A DNA stretch of 64,000 nucleotides, from assembly GCF_009834535.1 (NCBI RefSeq), contig NC_045696.1, positions 88,786,001-88,850,000 on the forward strand, read 5' to 3'. Made by a program: the position numbers and the translations under genes. Below are positions 13,720 through 26,640 of the stretch, piece after piece. Source of the stretch: Camelus ferus (lineage: Eukaryota). The notes below the pieces were generated by a model. That model was not told the DNA's origin. It saw only the letters and a program-made list of their open reading frames with translations, and did no database searches. Each line of letters starts with the position of its first letter. Position 1 is the first letter of the stretch.

Positions 13720-14105
13720 ACTCTCCCACATTGGGGTTCTTACACTGGTTGTACCCTCGTGCTGGACCCCTCTTCTCTCAGATATTCACATGAATCATTC
13801 CCTTAGTTCTTTAACTCATTTCTCAAGTGTGTCCTTATTGAGAGGCCTTCCTTATAGAAGCCTGTTCTCCATCACTCTCTACCCTGATTCTGCTTTGTGT
13901 TTCTTCATAGAACTTATCACCACCTGACATATCTATTTATGTACAGCCTATGTCCTCCTGGAAGGATATAAACTCCACGTAAGCAAGGATTTTACCCATG
14001 CACTCGCGCCCGCGCGCGCACACACACACACACACACTAATAAAGCCATCACTAGGATAATGCCTTACACACGGTAGGTGCTCAATAAATATTTGTTGAT
14101 AAATG
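13720..14105 (+). mobile_element. L2 3' end containing a short (CG)n(CA)n repeat
   Basis: ggtaggtgctcaataaatatttgttga terminus. CA repeat at about 14019-14036. Confidence 0.75.
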
Positions 14106-14351
14106 GTAGAATCTTCAAATAATATATATTTTAGAATGTTTGTACAGGTGAGGACTACTGCCAATATAATATTCTAAATTACTTTTAACTCATAGTATGC
14201 TATTCATCTTTTAATTAGACAGTTAAATGAATTTTCAAAGCAGATTCTTTGTCTGCAAATGTATAGTATGCGAGTACATATTGATTCAGTTATCTTGGGA
14301 TTACAATAAAACTTCCTTCAATAAAGGTATCTGAAAGTTCACAAATAATTG

Positions 14352-14575
14352 CAGCTAATGCTTAAATAGTGCTTACTGCTTCAGATGCTCTACCTATGTT
14401 AGTTCATTAAATCTAACAACCATGACACAGGTAATTATTATCCCCATTTTACAGATAAAGACGCATAGGCACAGAAAGTTCATAATCTATCCAAGATCAT
14501 CCAGCTAACAAATGGCAGAGCCAAGATTCAGCAGTCTGGTCGAGACCCAAGCTCTTAACCACTACCTTATACAGC
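14352..14575 (-). mobile_element. MIR SINE
   Basis: attatccccattttacagataaagacgcataggcacagaaagtt...gctcttaaccactac. Confidence 0.8.
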
Positions 14576-15989
14576 CTTTTTAGTACATGCAAGCTGGAGT
14601 TTATGGTTGGGGAGACATCAATGTTTTCCATTACTTGCACATTCTACTTACAGTGTGAATATAGCACTGCTGTGGTTATTTAAAGTACCCAAATTATATT
14701 CTCTAAAAATTCAAGAAAAAAAAAAAAAGGTTAATTGCTAAAACTGCAGACAATCTCAAAGCATTAGTAATGAATTATCATTGGCTGCCTCTTTTCTCCT
14801 CATCACAAGCAGCTTATTTATATACACGTTGCACCACATAGAATTTTCAAAATACCCTTGCTGTTCAGTCCAAAAATATATTTCCATAATAAAAGCAATT
14901 AGCTTGTAGAATTATTTTCTAAGATAAAGTAGCAAAGTCATTACAGCTTTGGGCATGAATAACCTCACCTGATTAAGAATGTTTCTGAGGGGAGAACCCC
15001 AGGCAAATCAACCCTGGGACCAGCTTCTCCATTTCTAGTCTGTGTAGATCTGGTCAAAATGGTAAGGACCTCTTACCAGGTCCTGCCCATCAGGCTCCTT
15101 TCTGTGTAGCTATCACTTTATTACTTTTTTAAACTAATTCCAGATGTCCAATGAATTTGAGAAGTGGATTTACTCTGATCTATAATTTGGTACAATATGC
15201 TGGAATTTTTGCCAAATCCATCTGGGAAGACAACTTGGCAGTATTTCCAGATTTCAAAAGCAGGTGTGAAATAAATTTAAGGTCTGCAGGATGATAAGTA
15301 CCTAAGCCAGGCTCTCCGATGACCGTGGTTTACCACTGAGCATCACATGCCAGGAACCCATGCAAACTTAGGCTGTGGATTTTAAGTGTGTCTGCAAATA
15401 GCTAGTTGTGTATCCTGCCAATTTTGCTTCATTTTCGGGTGCAAATGACAGCTGTGCTAGTAAGTGTCTGTGGATTTGACTGAATTGCATTGCATTCTTT
15501 TTTTATATACTAGTAATTTTGGATTTCAGAAAAGTGAAGGTGTTGAAAAGAGTTCATAGATTAAAAATGTTTTCATTAACATTTTTAAAGAGCAAAGAGT
15601 TTGACATTTCTCCTGAAGCAGCTGTTCTAAATCACAATTGATTGCCTTGACATCTAGTTCCAGAAATAAACAGAAGTCCTATCTCACCAGTGTTCATACC
15701 AGGAATTAATTAGCAGAGATTCTCAGACAGTAGGGTATATTCTTAATACCCAAAGAGCCCACCGAATCTTCTGCTTTAATGGTAATCTATGGGCCTAACG
15801 TCATTGGTTATCTGCATCTCACATTCTTTAGAGAGGAAGTAGAGTACAAAGAAATTCCAAACACACTTTTGAAAGTTCCTCTGCATTATAATTCTCAGTT
15901 CACGGAACGGATGTTTCATGACTGGGTCTCAGCATTTCGTTTCTTTTTTCCATTCTCCAGTTTCCATTTAGCGAGCCATGAGCTTCTAG

Positions 15990-16360
15990 GAAGTCTGATT
16001 CTATCTTCAGCTCCCGAGATTGGGTATGTGACTTAGGCTAAGCCAATCAGAACATTGCAACCCTCTGGCCAATCAGATGCCTCAGCCATAGTTTGTGAGG
16101 TGTGGAAATGTGAGGTCTGAAACTACCGCAAATGTTTGGCTACCATGAAGAAAGCCAATCTGAAGAAGAAACCAATTGATTGGAGGACAGAGCTGAGAAC
16201 ATCAGGCAGCAAAACAGCTGGATTACTGATGACATCAAGAACTTCTAGGTGAAACCCCCTGAAGCCTGCCCTACCTCTGGACTTCTCATTTACACGAGCC
16301 AATGAATTCCTTTTCTTGTTTAGATGTGAGTTGTGGCTTCTGCTACTTGTAACTTAGAGC
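15990..16360 (+). mobile_element. MaLR LTR (MLT1J/K-like)
   Basis: gtgacttaggctaagccaatcag...ctacctctggacttctcatttacacgagccaatgaattcc. Confidence 0.65.
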
Positions 16361-16998
16361 AGACATTTAGAAATTGTCTTTTGCAAGGCATAAGATGGTA
16401 CACAGAGGCAGTTCTTTAATATTGGAACCCTATCTGCCCAACTTTATTAAGTAGGATGCTTTTGGCTGCGACCGTATAAACTATCTAAAAGTGGCTTAAA
16501 CAATAAGATCGAGGACCACCATGTTGTATGTTGTAAAGGTTTCTCCTTGGAGTTACGGGACATATTCTCTCTGATAAGGCTATTTACAATACCACATAAC
16601 AAAAACCTCAGCGGTAGTCCTGATGCAAGGTCGGTTAATGTTACAGTTCAACAAGATCATTTAAGACCTAGAGTCCTTCATCTTTCCATTCTGCGTCCTC
16701 AGTGGGTTGGCTTGGTTCCTCGTAGTCCCAAGATGGCTCACAAAGAGGAACACTTTTTCTCAGAAGTGCCCTGCAGACTTTGCCTCATAAGCCATTGACC
16801 AGAATTGAGTCACCTGCCTACACAAACGCAGAAATAAACACGATTGGGCAAATCATAGTTAACATTTGAGGGCTCAGGAGGAATCCCACCTCCCCTATGT
16901 ACACTGCCATCTGATAATATGAAAAAAAAAATCAGGGTTCTTAGAAGGCTGCATCAGTGTTTGCCATATCCACCAGGGTACCAGCAAACTGTGTTACA

Positions 16999-17078
16999 GT
17001 CTGTGGTCATACCACACTGAACACACCTGATCTTGGAAGCTAAGCAGGGTTGGGCCTGGTTAGTACTTGGATAGGAGA
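16999..17078 (+). pseudogene. 5S rRNA retropseudogene, 3'-truncated
   Basis: Matches roughly nt 1-90 of mammalian 5S rRNA (ggaagctaagcagggttgggcctggttagtacttggataggaga) with CpG decay and an internal deletion of about 10 nt. Flanked by gtgttaca at 16991-16998 and 17083-17090. Confidence 0.92.
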
Positions 17079-18399
17079 ATACGTGTTACAAACATGCTGT
17101 TCTACCTTAAGAGAAATTCTTCCATCAGACTATTCGAAGTGCAATTATACAGTGAAAAGAAAAGTGACACTCAAATTTTTATGTTCTTTTATGTTATTTT
17201 ATTGTATGTCAATTATACCTCAATAGGGCTAATAAAATATTCAAGTTATTATTAGTGGTGGTATCATAACTGTCATGCCTAACCCATGTTTTAATATTAA
17301 AACCAAAAGTCCCTGGACCTGAGTGAATTCAACATCAAAGATATTAAACAGAAGAGAATGCTGAATTAACCTGTTGTGCAAGCAAGGTGTATCAGATGTG
17401 GAAACTAATATCCTCTTAATATCTTCTCTTGAGGAAAATAAGTTGGGAACAGACAGTAACTAAAATATCTGTTTCATATATTTGTGATTCAAGATACAGT
17501 ATTGCAAAACCTGTATTTTTAGACAAGAAGCAAAGTTTAACCAACAATAAGTTAAGGAATGACAAACAGAAGAAATAGAAGAAGATAGGAAAGGAAAAGG
17601 AAATTAAACTAAAGAAAAAGGGAAATAGAGAAGGGGGAGCAATAAAAAGAATTATTTTTCAAAATTTGTATATGCCTAGCTGCCATAAAAAACCACCCAA
17701 ATATAAGTGATATCTATGATTTCAGAGATACTGCTATTCATGTAACACTTATTTCTTGAGTTTTTTAATACCATCAGTCTGTCATTACAGAAATTACATT
17801 TGCCATGCCTCATTATTTATTCTGCATTGTATTGCTCTAGCAGTAATCAAAGACATATCATGGGTTTCATGAATGTTCTGATGTATCACTTCTATTATTT
17901 TGATTATTCTGGTAGTTTTCCTACTACCCCAGAATGGTTTCTAGTAATGGAGAATTTGGCTTTGGCTTAATATTTAATACTTTTGCTTTTCTAATAACAT
18001 GCTCTTAGGCTCCACTTACTTCAACATACATCTCTTGCCTTATTATTGTTTTGTTGTTTATAATGTCAATTGCAAACTCTGTAGGGGAAAAAGTTGGTCT
18101 AGTAAAGAGAAATTCTGTCTATAATTATCATGGCATACAGTAATAACAATTATATTATGGCTTCTCCTTGATATAATTCAGTTTATATTAGTTAATCAGA
18201 AGTTTAATAACAATATATTACAAATCAGCGCTTCTGGGATACACTGTTTTCTACTGTCGCATCCTCTACATTTATCTCCCTTTGATGGGGATTAAATTGT
18301 GACATATTTCTCTGTGACCACATGTGCTATTGGGTCCAAAACTGTTTCTGCAGTAATCTCAGATGAATTTATTCAATGGCATTTTAAATTGATGCTTCA

Positions 18400-18515
18400 G
18401 GGGGGTGAGTATAGCTCAGTGGTAGAGTACGTGCTTAGCAAGCACAAGGTCCTGGGTTCAATCCTCAGTACCTCCATTTTAAAACACATAAATAAATAAA
18501 TAAATATTAAAAAAA
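18400..18515 (+). mobile_element. tRNA-Ala-derived camelid SINE, short form
   Basis: A box TAGCTCAGTGG, B box GGTTCAATCC, AGC anticodon loop, A-rich tail. Perfect 15-bp TSD taaattgatgcttca (18385-18399, 18516-18530). Confidence 0.92.
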
Positions 18516-18549
18516 TAAATTGATGCTTCAACTGGAAAAATCTGACATA

Positions 18550-18890
18550 GTGACCATAATGGCCCCCAATAATCCTCTTCTCCTAGTGTTCATCAACTTG
18601 TACAGACCCCTCCCTCCAAGTGTGGGATGGACCCAATGACTCATTTCTAATGAACAGGATATGGCAAATGGGATGTCACTTCTGAAACTGGGTTACAAAA
18701 GACTCTGGGGAAAGCCAGCTGCCATGTTGTGAGTACCCAGTGGAGTGGACCACTTGGCCACGAGCTGAGAGAGGCCTTCTGCCCATAGCCAGCAAGTAGG
18801 TGAGGCCCCTCAGTCCAAAAATTCATGGAGGGATTGCTGAATACTACCAACGACCACATGAGTAAGCTCAGAAGTGGATCCTCCCCACCA
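18550..18890 (+). mobile_element. MaLR LTR (MLT1F-like), partial
   Basis: gggatgtcacttctga...ggaaagccagctgccatgttgtgag...gaggcccctcagtccaa. Confidence 0.75.
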
Positions 18891-20476
18891 GAACGTAGTC
18901 TCTATCAGCACCAGGGCTCTGGCTCTTTGTTCACTACTTGTCCCCAGCATTTAGGACAATGCTAGGCACACAGAAAGCAGACAGTGGATTTTAATGAATA
19001 AATGAATGAATGATTTCCAACTACCTATAGTCCCCCAGAGAAGCTTTCGTAAATCATTGTTTTCATAAATTGCTTTCATAAATACATTTTCACAGATGTA
19101 TATACAATCCAGTAATTTGGGGAGTTTCTGGCACCTGGGAAGCTCCCTGCTGGCCCTCTGCTTGTGGACTTTGTGTAGCCACGGATTTGACCTACGAATG
19201 CTTGTTAGAGAATCAGTAACGTCTATTCCATTCACCCAGAACTTCCCTTCTCCAATTTGAATCTACTCTAATAAATAATAGGTTTCAGTGCTGTTGTTTT
19301 CATACTTATCTTAGCCCCAATCCCTTTGTTCAAAGGATAAGCAAGTTCAACATGTAAAAATAAGTAAAGCAGCTGTGCTCCATTACAGCTCCAAACTCAC
19401 CCCTCCACTGCCTACAACTCCCAGGGGGACGCTGCAAACTCCGCACTCTTCTGAGATCACACAGCATGACGACATCTGTCTCCAGGCATATATTATTCTT
19501 ATTGATCTCTCAACTCAGGGCTCAATAACAAAAAAGTCTCCTGAGTACTGTATACTCTGAGCATTTATTACCAATTTACTACTATCAGCATCATGGGATT
19601 ATGTCTAGAGGGTAAGAATTTATGGAGTTCCTCTGTCCCTTTCTTTCAGCAGAGCTGTCCTTAGGGTCAAGGTGATCCAGGGTCTGCTAATCCTTTCTCA
19701 GATTCCACAGCATCTGCCAAAAGGCTTAAGATGTTTGAATCCAGGCAGCCTTAATGAGACAATATCATTAATGAAATAAAAGGAAATTTCCATGTACTCT
19801 GCTTTTTTCTGTCACAAAAATTACAAATGGTCATTGAAAAAGAAAAAAAATTTAAATTAAACAATGCAGAACTGAATGAAATAGATATGACCCACTTCAC
19901 CAGGCTGAGGTACAACTACCATAACATCTCTTTCATTTTCCCTTAATCTTGGGCCCCGACTCTCCTATCAGCCAGAAGCCCAGTCTCTCCTTACTGAAGC
20001 TTCCTCTTCTTCTTCTCCTCATTTGGCCAAGTACCCTGGGCTCACTCAGTCCTGCTGCTTCCAAACAGGACACTGTCACCATTGAGTAGCTGATCTCTTT
20101 GGGGCTGATTTTCTCGTGTCGCTGCCTCCTCAGGATTGCTGTGAGAGGTGGTGGTGTGCCGCCCTTGCAGACCACACACTTGACAAATCACCCGCCTCCC
20201 TGTATCCCTCCCCGGCAGCGTCCACATTCACCCGACACAGAAGTGACCAAGTGGGGCCATTCAGGCAGGGATGAAAGACCCAAAAAGGAGCTACTCCATG
20301 GAGCAATTCCTAATCTGGGGCCCACAGACTCCTAGTATTTCATTATAATCAGTTTTCTTTGAAAGTATGTTTTAATTTTGTACTCTTAAAAATGTTATTC
20401 TAAGAAAGGGTCCATAGGTTTTACCAGACTACCTAAAATATCTACAGCACAAAAATGGTTAAGAATCCCCTGGAGA

Positions 20477-20667
20477 TTCCACATACAAGTAATATCTATA
20501 AAATAGATAGAAAATACGTTCATACCTGTATAGCACAGTGATACATATTCAATATCATGTAGTAAACTATGGTGAAAAAGAATATGAAAATGAATATATG
20601 TGTGTTCATGTATGACTGAAGCATTATACTGTACACCAGAAATTAACACAACATTGTAAACTTACTA

Positions 20668-20721
<54 letters not shown>

Positions 20722-20731
20722 TATATATGAA
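20477..20731 (+). mobile_element. Short L1 3' insertion with 5' inversion and (TA)n tail
   Basis: 16-bp TSD aagaat(c/t)ccctggaga at 20461-20476 and 20732-20747. 20477-20496 is antisense L1, the remainder is sense 3' UTR. Confidence 0.85.
20671..20728. repeat. (AT)n(AC)n(AT)n microsatellite
   Basis: Directly visible. Confidence 0.95.
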
Positions 20732-21334
20732 AAGAATTCCCTGGAGAATAACAATTTTTCAACTAAAAAAAAAAGTTAAAGTTCTGTCTCTCAGACACCC
20801 ATCACATATAATACATAAAAAATACTAGTCTTTTGCAATTCTGCTCTTCATTGGCCCCCTCTCTCCCCAAGCCTGATTCTCCCTCTAAGATTTCCTGTTA
20901 CATTTGGGGATTTTTCCTTGACTCCCACAAATGCCAACTCCTGTAGATCATACCTCCTAAAGTGAGGGGAGAGATAAATTGGGAATTTGAGATTAACAGA
21001 TATACTACCATATATAAAATAAACAACAAGGACCTACTTGTAACACAGGGATATTCAATATCTTCTAATAACCTATAATAGAAAAAGAATTTTACAACTT
21101 AAAAAAAAAATGCCTCCATTACCTCAGCCAGGTGATCAAGGTCAACATCACCAGTGATAAATTATGTTCATAGTGTGCACACTTGATATGATATGTTCAA
21201 AATGGTACTTTACCTCTGTGGTCTTCCTTCAGAAACCTGCAACTCCAGTCTGATCTTGAGTAGACTTGTATATATCTTCATATTTAATTAGAAAAGTGGA
21301 ATATCTGAGTGAAACCATTTTTGCAATTAAATTT

Positions 21335-21705
21335 TTAATTTTTTTTCTTCCAGTTTTATTGAGATATAACTGACATACAACAGTGTATAAGTTTAAGGTG
21401 CATAGCATAATGATTTGATTTATATACATCATGAAATGATCACCACAATAAATTTAGTGAACATTCATCATCTCATATAGAAACAAAATAAAAGAAAAAT
21501 ATTTTTCCCTGGTGATGAGAAGCCTCAGGATTTACTCTCTTAACTTTCATATAGAACATACAACAATGCTAATTATATTAATCAAATGGTATGGTATATC
21601 CCCAGTACTTATTTATCTTATAACTGGAAGTTTGTACCTTTTGACTACTTTCATCCAAATCCCCTCCAAGCACCCCCTACTGCTGGTAACCACAAGTCTG
21701 ACCTC
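21335..21705 (-). mobile_element. L1MA9-like 3' end
   Basis: ccagttttattgagatataactgacatacaac...ctggtaaccacaagtctga. Confidence 0.8.
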
Positions 21706-23590
21706 TTGCTGCATTGTATGTTCTATGCTCCTTTGCTGTAAATTAATTGTCCATATGTGTGTGGTTTTATTTTTGGTCTCTCAGTTCTTTTCCACTGATC
21801 TATATACCTGTTTTCCTGCTGATCTCATGCTGTTTTGATTCCTATCAAAGCGAATTAGGTAATGTGATACCTCCAGCTTTGTTCTTTTTTCTCAGGATTG
21901 CTTTGGCTTTCTGGGGCCTTTTGTGGTTCCATATAAATTTTAGAATTTTTTTTTCTATTTCTGCAAAAAATATTCTTTGGATTTTGATAAGGGTTACATT
22001 GATTCTGTAGATTACTTTAGGTAATATGGACATTTTTCCAAAGAATACATACAGATGGCCAACAGGGACATGGAAAGATGTTCAACATCAGTAATTATTA
22101 GGGAAATGCAATTCAAAACCACATTGAGAGATCATCTCATGCCTGTTAAAATGGCTATTATCAAAAACACAAGAAGTAACAAGTGTTGGTGAGGATGTAG
22201 AGAAAAGGGAGCCCTCCTACATTGTGGGAATGTAAAATGGGGCAGCCACTATGGAAAACAGTAAGGATGTTCCTCAAAAAATTGAGAACAAAACTACCAT
22301 ATGATCCAGCTATCCCACTTTGGAATATTTATCCGAAGGTTATGAAAACACTAATTGGAAAAGATATGTGTACCCCTATGTTCATTGAAGCATTATTTAC
22401 AATAGTCAAGATATGAAAACAGCCTAACTGCCCAACAACAGATGAATGGATAAAGAAGATATGATATCTATCTATCTGTCTATCAATCTACACATATATA
22501 ATGAAATATTACTCAGCCATAAAAAATGAAATCTTACTATTTGTGACAGCCTAGATGGATCTCGAGGGGATCATGCTAAGTGAAATAAGTCAGACAGAGA
22601 AGGACAAGTACTTATAAGTTACTCATATATAGGATATTAAAAAAAAACCAAATAAATAAAGAAATGAACAAACCAAATCAGACAAAAACAAGTGCACAGG
22701 ACTGAGAACAGAGTAGTGGTTACCATGGGACAAGGGCAGGGTGGGGATGGAGGTGTGGAGGGAAGATGAAATGGGTAAAGGTGATCAACTGTATGATGAC
22801 AAATGAAAACTAAGTTTTTGGTGGTGAGCATACCGAGACAGGATGGAAGGGGACAAGGTCCAGCCATTAAAAGAATGACACAGCAATTAGCACCAAGACG
22901 ATGGAAAATTCAACTCCCAGTAGAGCTTGAGGCCCAAAATGGCAGGAGATTTGACTTTTAGTTGACCTTGAGCTTCTTTATACACTCATTGTAATATATT
23001 AGCATACAAATGGCACTCCCCCAGGCACAATGACACACCCGAGGCTAGCCATAAAAGGTCAAAAAGTGGGCAGTGGCCAAATTCCTGGGAATTCCTCTCT
23101 TTTCGTAAAGTAGTTGGAAAATCCTCCCACTTGTTGGCTTATGAAGTTACTGAGCCCATAAAAATTAACAATTCCCACACCTCGTGGCCACTCTCCTTTC
23201 TGAGTGAGATGGACCACACTCTGTCTATGGAGTGTGTAAATATTTTTACTTTAAACTAAACACCCTCCCCCCATGCCTTGTGGCCTCTCTGGCCTTCTGA
23301 GATAGCCTACACTCGGTCTATGGAATGTGCAGCTCTCTGAATAAATCTACTTTTACTCAACTGCGGCTCACTCTTGAATTCTCTCCTGCTCAATGCCAAG
23401 GACCCTCACTTGATGGGGCACATCCCAGGGACTCATCTGGGGCCTGGGACATGGCCACCCTCTCATGCCTCATTTTCCTGTATCAATACTGCAGTGCATA
23501 CAGAAGTAGAAATACATTGTTGTACACATGAAACATAGAATGTTATAAACTGTCACCTCAATAAAAAATAAATTTAAAAAAAGAAAAAAA
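21706..23590 (+). mobile_element. L1 ORF2 end and 3' UTR (+) preceded by an antisense ORF2 segment, split by an LTR
   Basis: Minus-strand ORF2 peptide [30 protein letters not shown] (21845-22033). Plus-strand peptide LPYDPAIPLWNIYPK (22222-22416). A-rich tail to about 23590. Confidence 0.85.
22834..23485 (+). mobile_element. ERV1-type solo LTR inserted in L1 3' UTR
   Basis: Inverted termini cgagacagga...tcctgtatca, 4-bp TSD atac (22830-22833, 23486-23489), AATAAA at 23340-23345. Confidence 0.88.
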
Positions 23591-23819
23591 GAATATGTGA
23601 TTGCAAAACTATTATCTTATGAAGAGATTAAAGAGTTTGTAGCCAAAACATGGATGGAAAAAAGTATTCTAGAGGTAAGTGAGGCAATTATTTAATTAAA
23701 CATAATATATTATTTTCCTAGAATTTTATATTTGTAGTATTTTTCAGTCTTCAAATCCTGTAATATTTTGAGTTTTTCTCAATCTAAATAAATTTTTATT
23801 TGTATAACCTAAAAAAAAT

Positions 23820-26640
23820 TTTTTGTACATATAGTCTAACTAACCTCAGAAACGTTGTACCAATTTACATTTTCACCAACAAAATCTATTTCCTCACACT
23901 CACCAACGTGACTTTTTCATCTTTGCCAATCTAACAGAAAAAAAAATCTTCTCACTTTAATTTGCATTCCTTTGATTGTTTCTGAGTCTGAGGTCTTTTC
24001 AAATGCTTATTGGTCATTTGCATTTCTTCTTTGAGTTTCCTCTTCATGTCCTTTGCTCATTTATCTATCAAGTTGGTTATTTTTTTCATAGTTTATTTGC
24101 AAAGGCATTTATGCATTAAGAATATTAACTTTTTTCCTTTCATATAAGCTTAACTTTTCCCCTCAGTTTTTCCTTTTAGCTGTTTTTGGTGTCTCTTGAT
24201 GCACTCAGACTTGTCAATCTTTTTTTTTTCCTTATGATTTCTAGTTTTGGTACACGACAATATCTTTGCTTCAAAGATTGTATTTTCTAATATTTTCTCC
24301 TATTATTTCAATGTTTTCACGTCTGTATATACAAATTTCATGTTCTTTATGATTATTTAATTTTTGATATGAAGTAGGAACATATATTTCTATAGATATT
24401 ATATGTATATTTCAAATGACTATTCAGTTAACATAGCACTATACACTGAGCAATCTATATATTCTCCCACTGACTAGAATACAGAAATATAAAATCTCCA
24501 TCATATACTTTATTTCTATATATTATATATATAGTATATGTATATAATTTCCAGATTTCTAGATTAAGGTAGTTGTCTTCTCCTAGTTTGCAGAGCTGAT
24601 TTTGAGTCAGAAATTAATATTTAACTTTATCCAATATATTTTTTCACTTATAGTGGTAGTTATTTAATATTTTCCTTTAATTTGTTCATGTATAATAATT
24701 GATTTGGTAATACTGAGGCATTCTTACTTTCCCTTGTACATTCTCACTTTTGCTCCTGGGCTCCTGGCTGACCCAGAACCCTGACCCCCTACCCTACACC
24801 TAGTGAGACATATTCTGTTACCTCCCCATCAACAATATCTACTTGGACCAGTAGATAATACATGATCAATGTACTTTAATTCCAGGATCTATGCATTATA
24901 TGACCCGACTTTAAAAAGATGAGTTCTTAATTTCAATTACCACATATTTTAGTTCTAGAATTTCCATCTGCTTTCTGTGTATGTGTATACACATGCTCTT
25001 TATAGCTCTCTGTTGAAATTTTCAGTCTTCTACTATTTTCTTGAACATACTAACATAGCTAAAATCCATGAGTGGTAGCTCCGTTATCTAGATCCTCCAT
25101 GGATCCACTTCTTTTTTTAAAAAAAATTATTTAACTTTATTATTTTTTTTTAGCTGTTGGCAGGTGGATAATTAGGTTTATTTAATGGAGGTACTGCGGA
25201 TTGAACCCAGGGCCTCATGCTTGCTAAGCGTGCACTCCACCACCGAGCTATACCTTTCCCCACTCCATGGATCCATTTCTACTGTGTAGCTTTTCTCTTG
25301 GTTTTGAACATGTCGTCTTGTATCCTGAAGGTCCTCGTTACTAATACCAGACAATGCATATGAAAAAGTTGCAGGGAGCATTTATGTTTATTTCTGGTTG
25401 GTAGTTTGGAGATGCTAGCAGTTCCAGATTCCTTCAATTCTGATTGAGGTGATTTAAAACTGGGCTTCAGTCCCTAGGAGAACCAGTCTACTTCTGGTTT
25501 ACTCATAGAGTGTAGCCCTTCTAGGTTGCAACCCAAAGACTAAGGGCCTTATCAAGGCTTCCTGGCTTAATGGAACTTGAACTCCAATTTTGTTCTTTTA
25601 ACCTTAGGAGTCTCTCAGAAACTCTGCCCAGTTTTTTGTTCTTTGACTGCCATTTCTAGAATTGGCAGATGTCACTAGGAAAAAGCAGCCCCAAATGGGC
25701 TCACATTTCCCCCTATATATCTATCTTCTGCAAAAGAACAGGAAGGAAAGGACAGAGGGAGGGATAGAGAGAGAGAGAGAATATACATTTTCTTGAGATT
25801 TCTGAGTTGTTCTCAAGCAGAAAGTTTATACCAAAGTTTATTACCTGGTTCATCATTACTGTTGGCTTCTTGTTTTAAATGTGTACTCACATTCTCTCCC
25901 ATTTTCCCTTTTGTCCTTTAGGGTCTTTTATTTTTTCTTCTACTGGTCACTGATAATTGCAAAATGGAGCTTCAAGATAAAACCATCTTTATCTGTGTCA
26001 CTCAATTTTGTCCTTCAGTATAAAGATGAAGCTTTACATTCCATTTTTATTCTGACTGTATTAACCTTTAAATGTTCAAAAGAAAGAGTTCAGAGTTAAA
26101 ATTTTTATGCCTTTCTTTAAAGAAGACAAAAATTTTGTAATGCTTTTACTTGCCCCTTTTCCACTGTGTTTCTCTCTGCTGCTATAATATGCCATTTCTC
26201 AGCCTTTCTTTTTAAAATTACAGACTCATGTTTAAGTTTTCACATTATTCATCTTCTATTTTAAAAATCCTCTTTAATGACTACGTTAGCTCTACAACCA
26301 TAATTCAATTACTTAGATTTAATTATTCTTACTGGTTTTATTGCCCACCACTATTTCTAACAGATGACAGTTCTTTTTTTCTTTTTTTCCCCTTGACTTA
26401 TTTTCTGACTCACAATAATTTGACTGAAATAATTTCCTCAAATACACTTTTCTTAAAGGAGACATAAGTTCTTGCATACTTAAAGTTGCCTCTTCTTCCC
26501 CCAATATGTGAATGATGGCTTAGGAGGATATAGTAACCTAGGGATACAACAATTGCCCTCATAATTTTATAAAAACATTGATCCATTGTTTTCCAGCACA
26601 TAATGTTGCAAATTAGAAATCTAATACCAATTGGATTCAC
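23820..26640 (-). mobile_element. Degraded old L1 (L1M/L1ME) fragments
   Basis: T-rich antisense L1 motifs (taatttgcattcctttgatt, gttctagaatttccatctg). Patchy, boundaries approximate. Confidence 0.6.
25113..25262 (-). mobile_element. tRNA-Ala-derived camelid SINE (vic-1 type)
   Basis: 18-bp TSD ctccatggatcca(c/t)ttct at 25095-25112 and 25263-25280. Confidence 0.92.

Noticed and set aside
16999..17078. Functional 5S rRNA gene
   Set aside because: 3'-truncated, internally deleted, CpG-decayed, single copy with TSD.
18400..18476. Genuine tRNA-Ala gene (also 27066 and 63494)
   Set aside because: TSDs, A-rich tails and stem mismatches show these are SINE copies.
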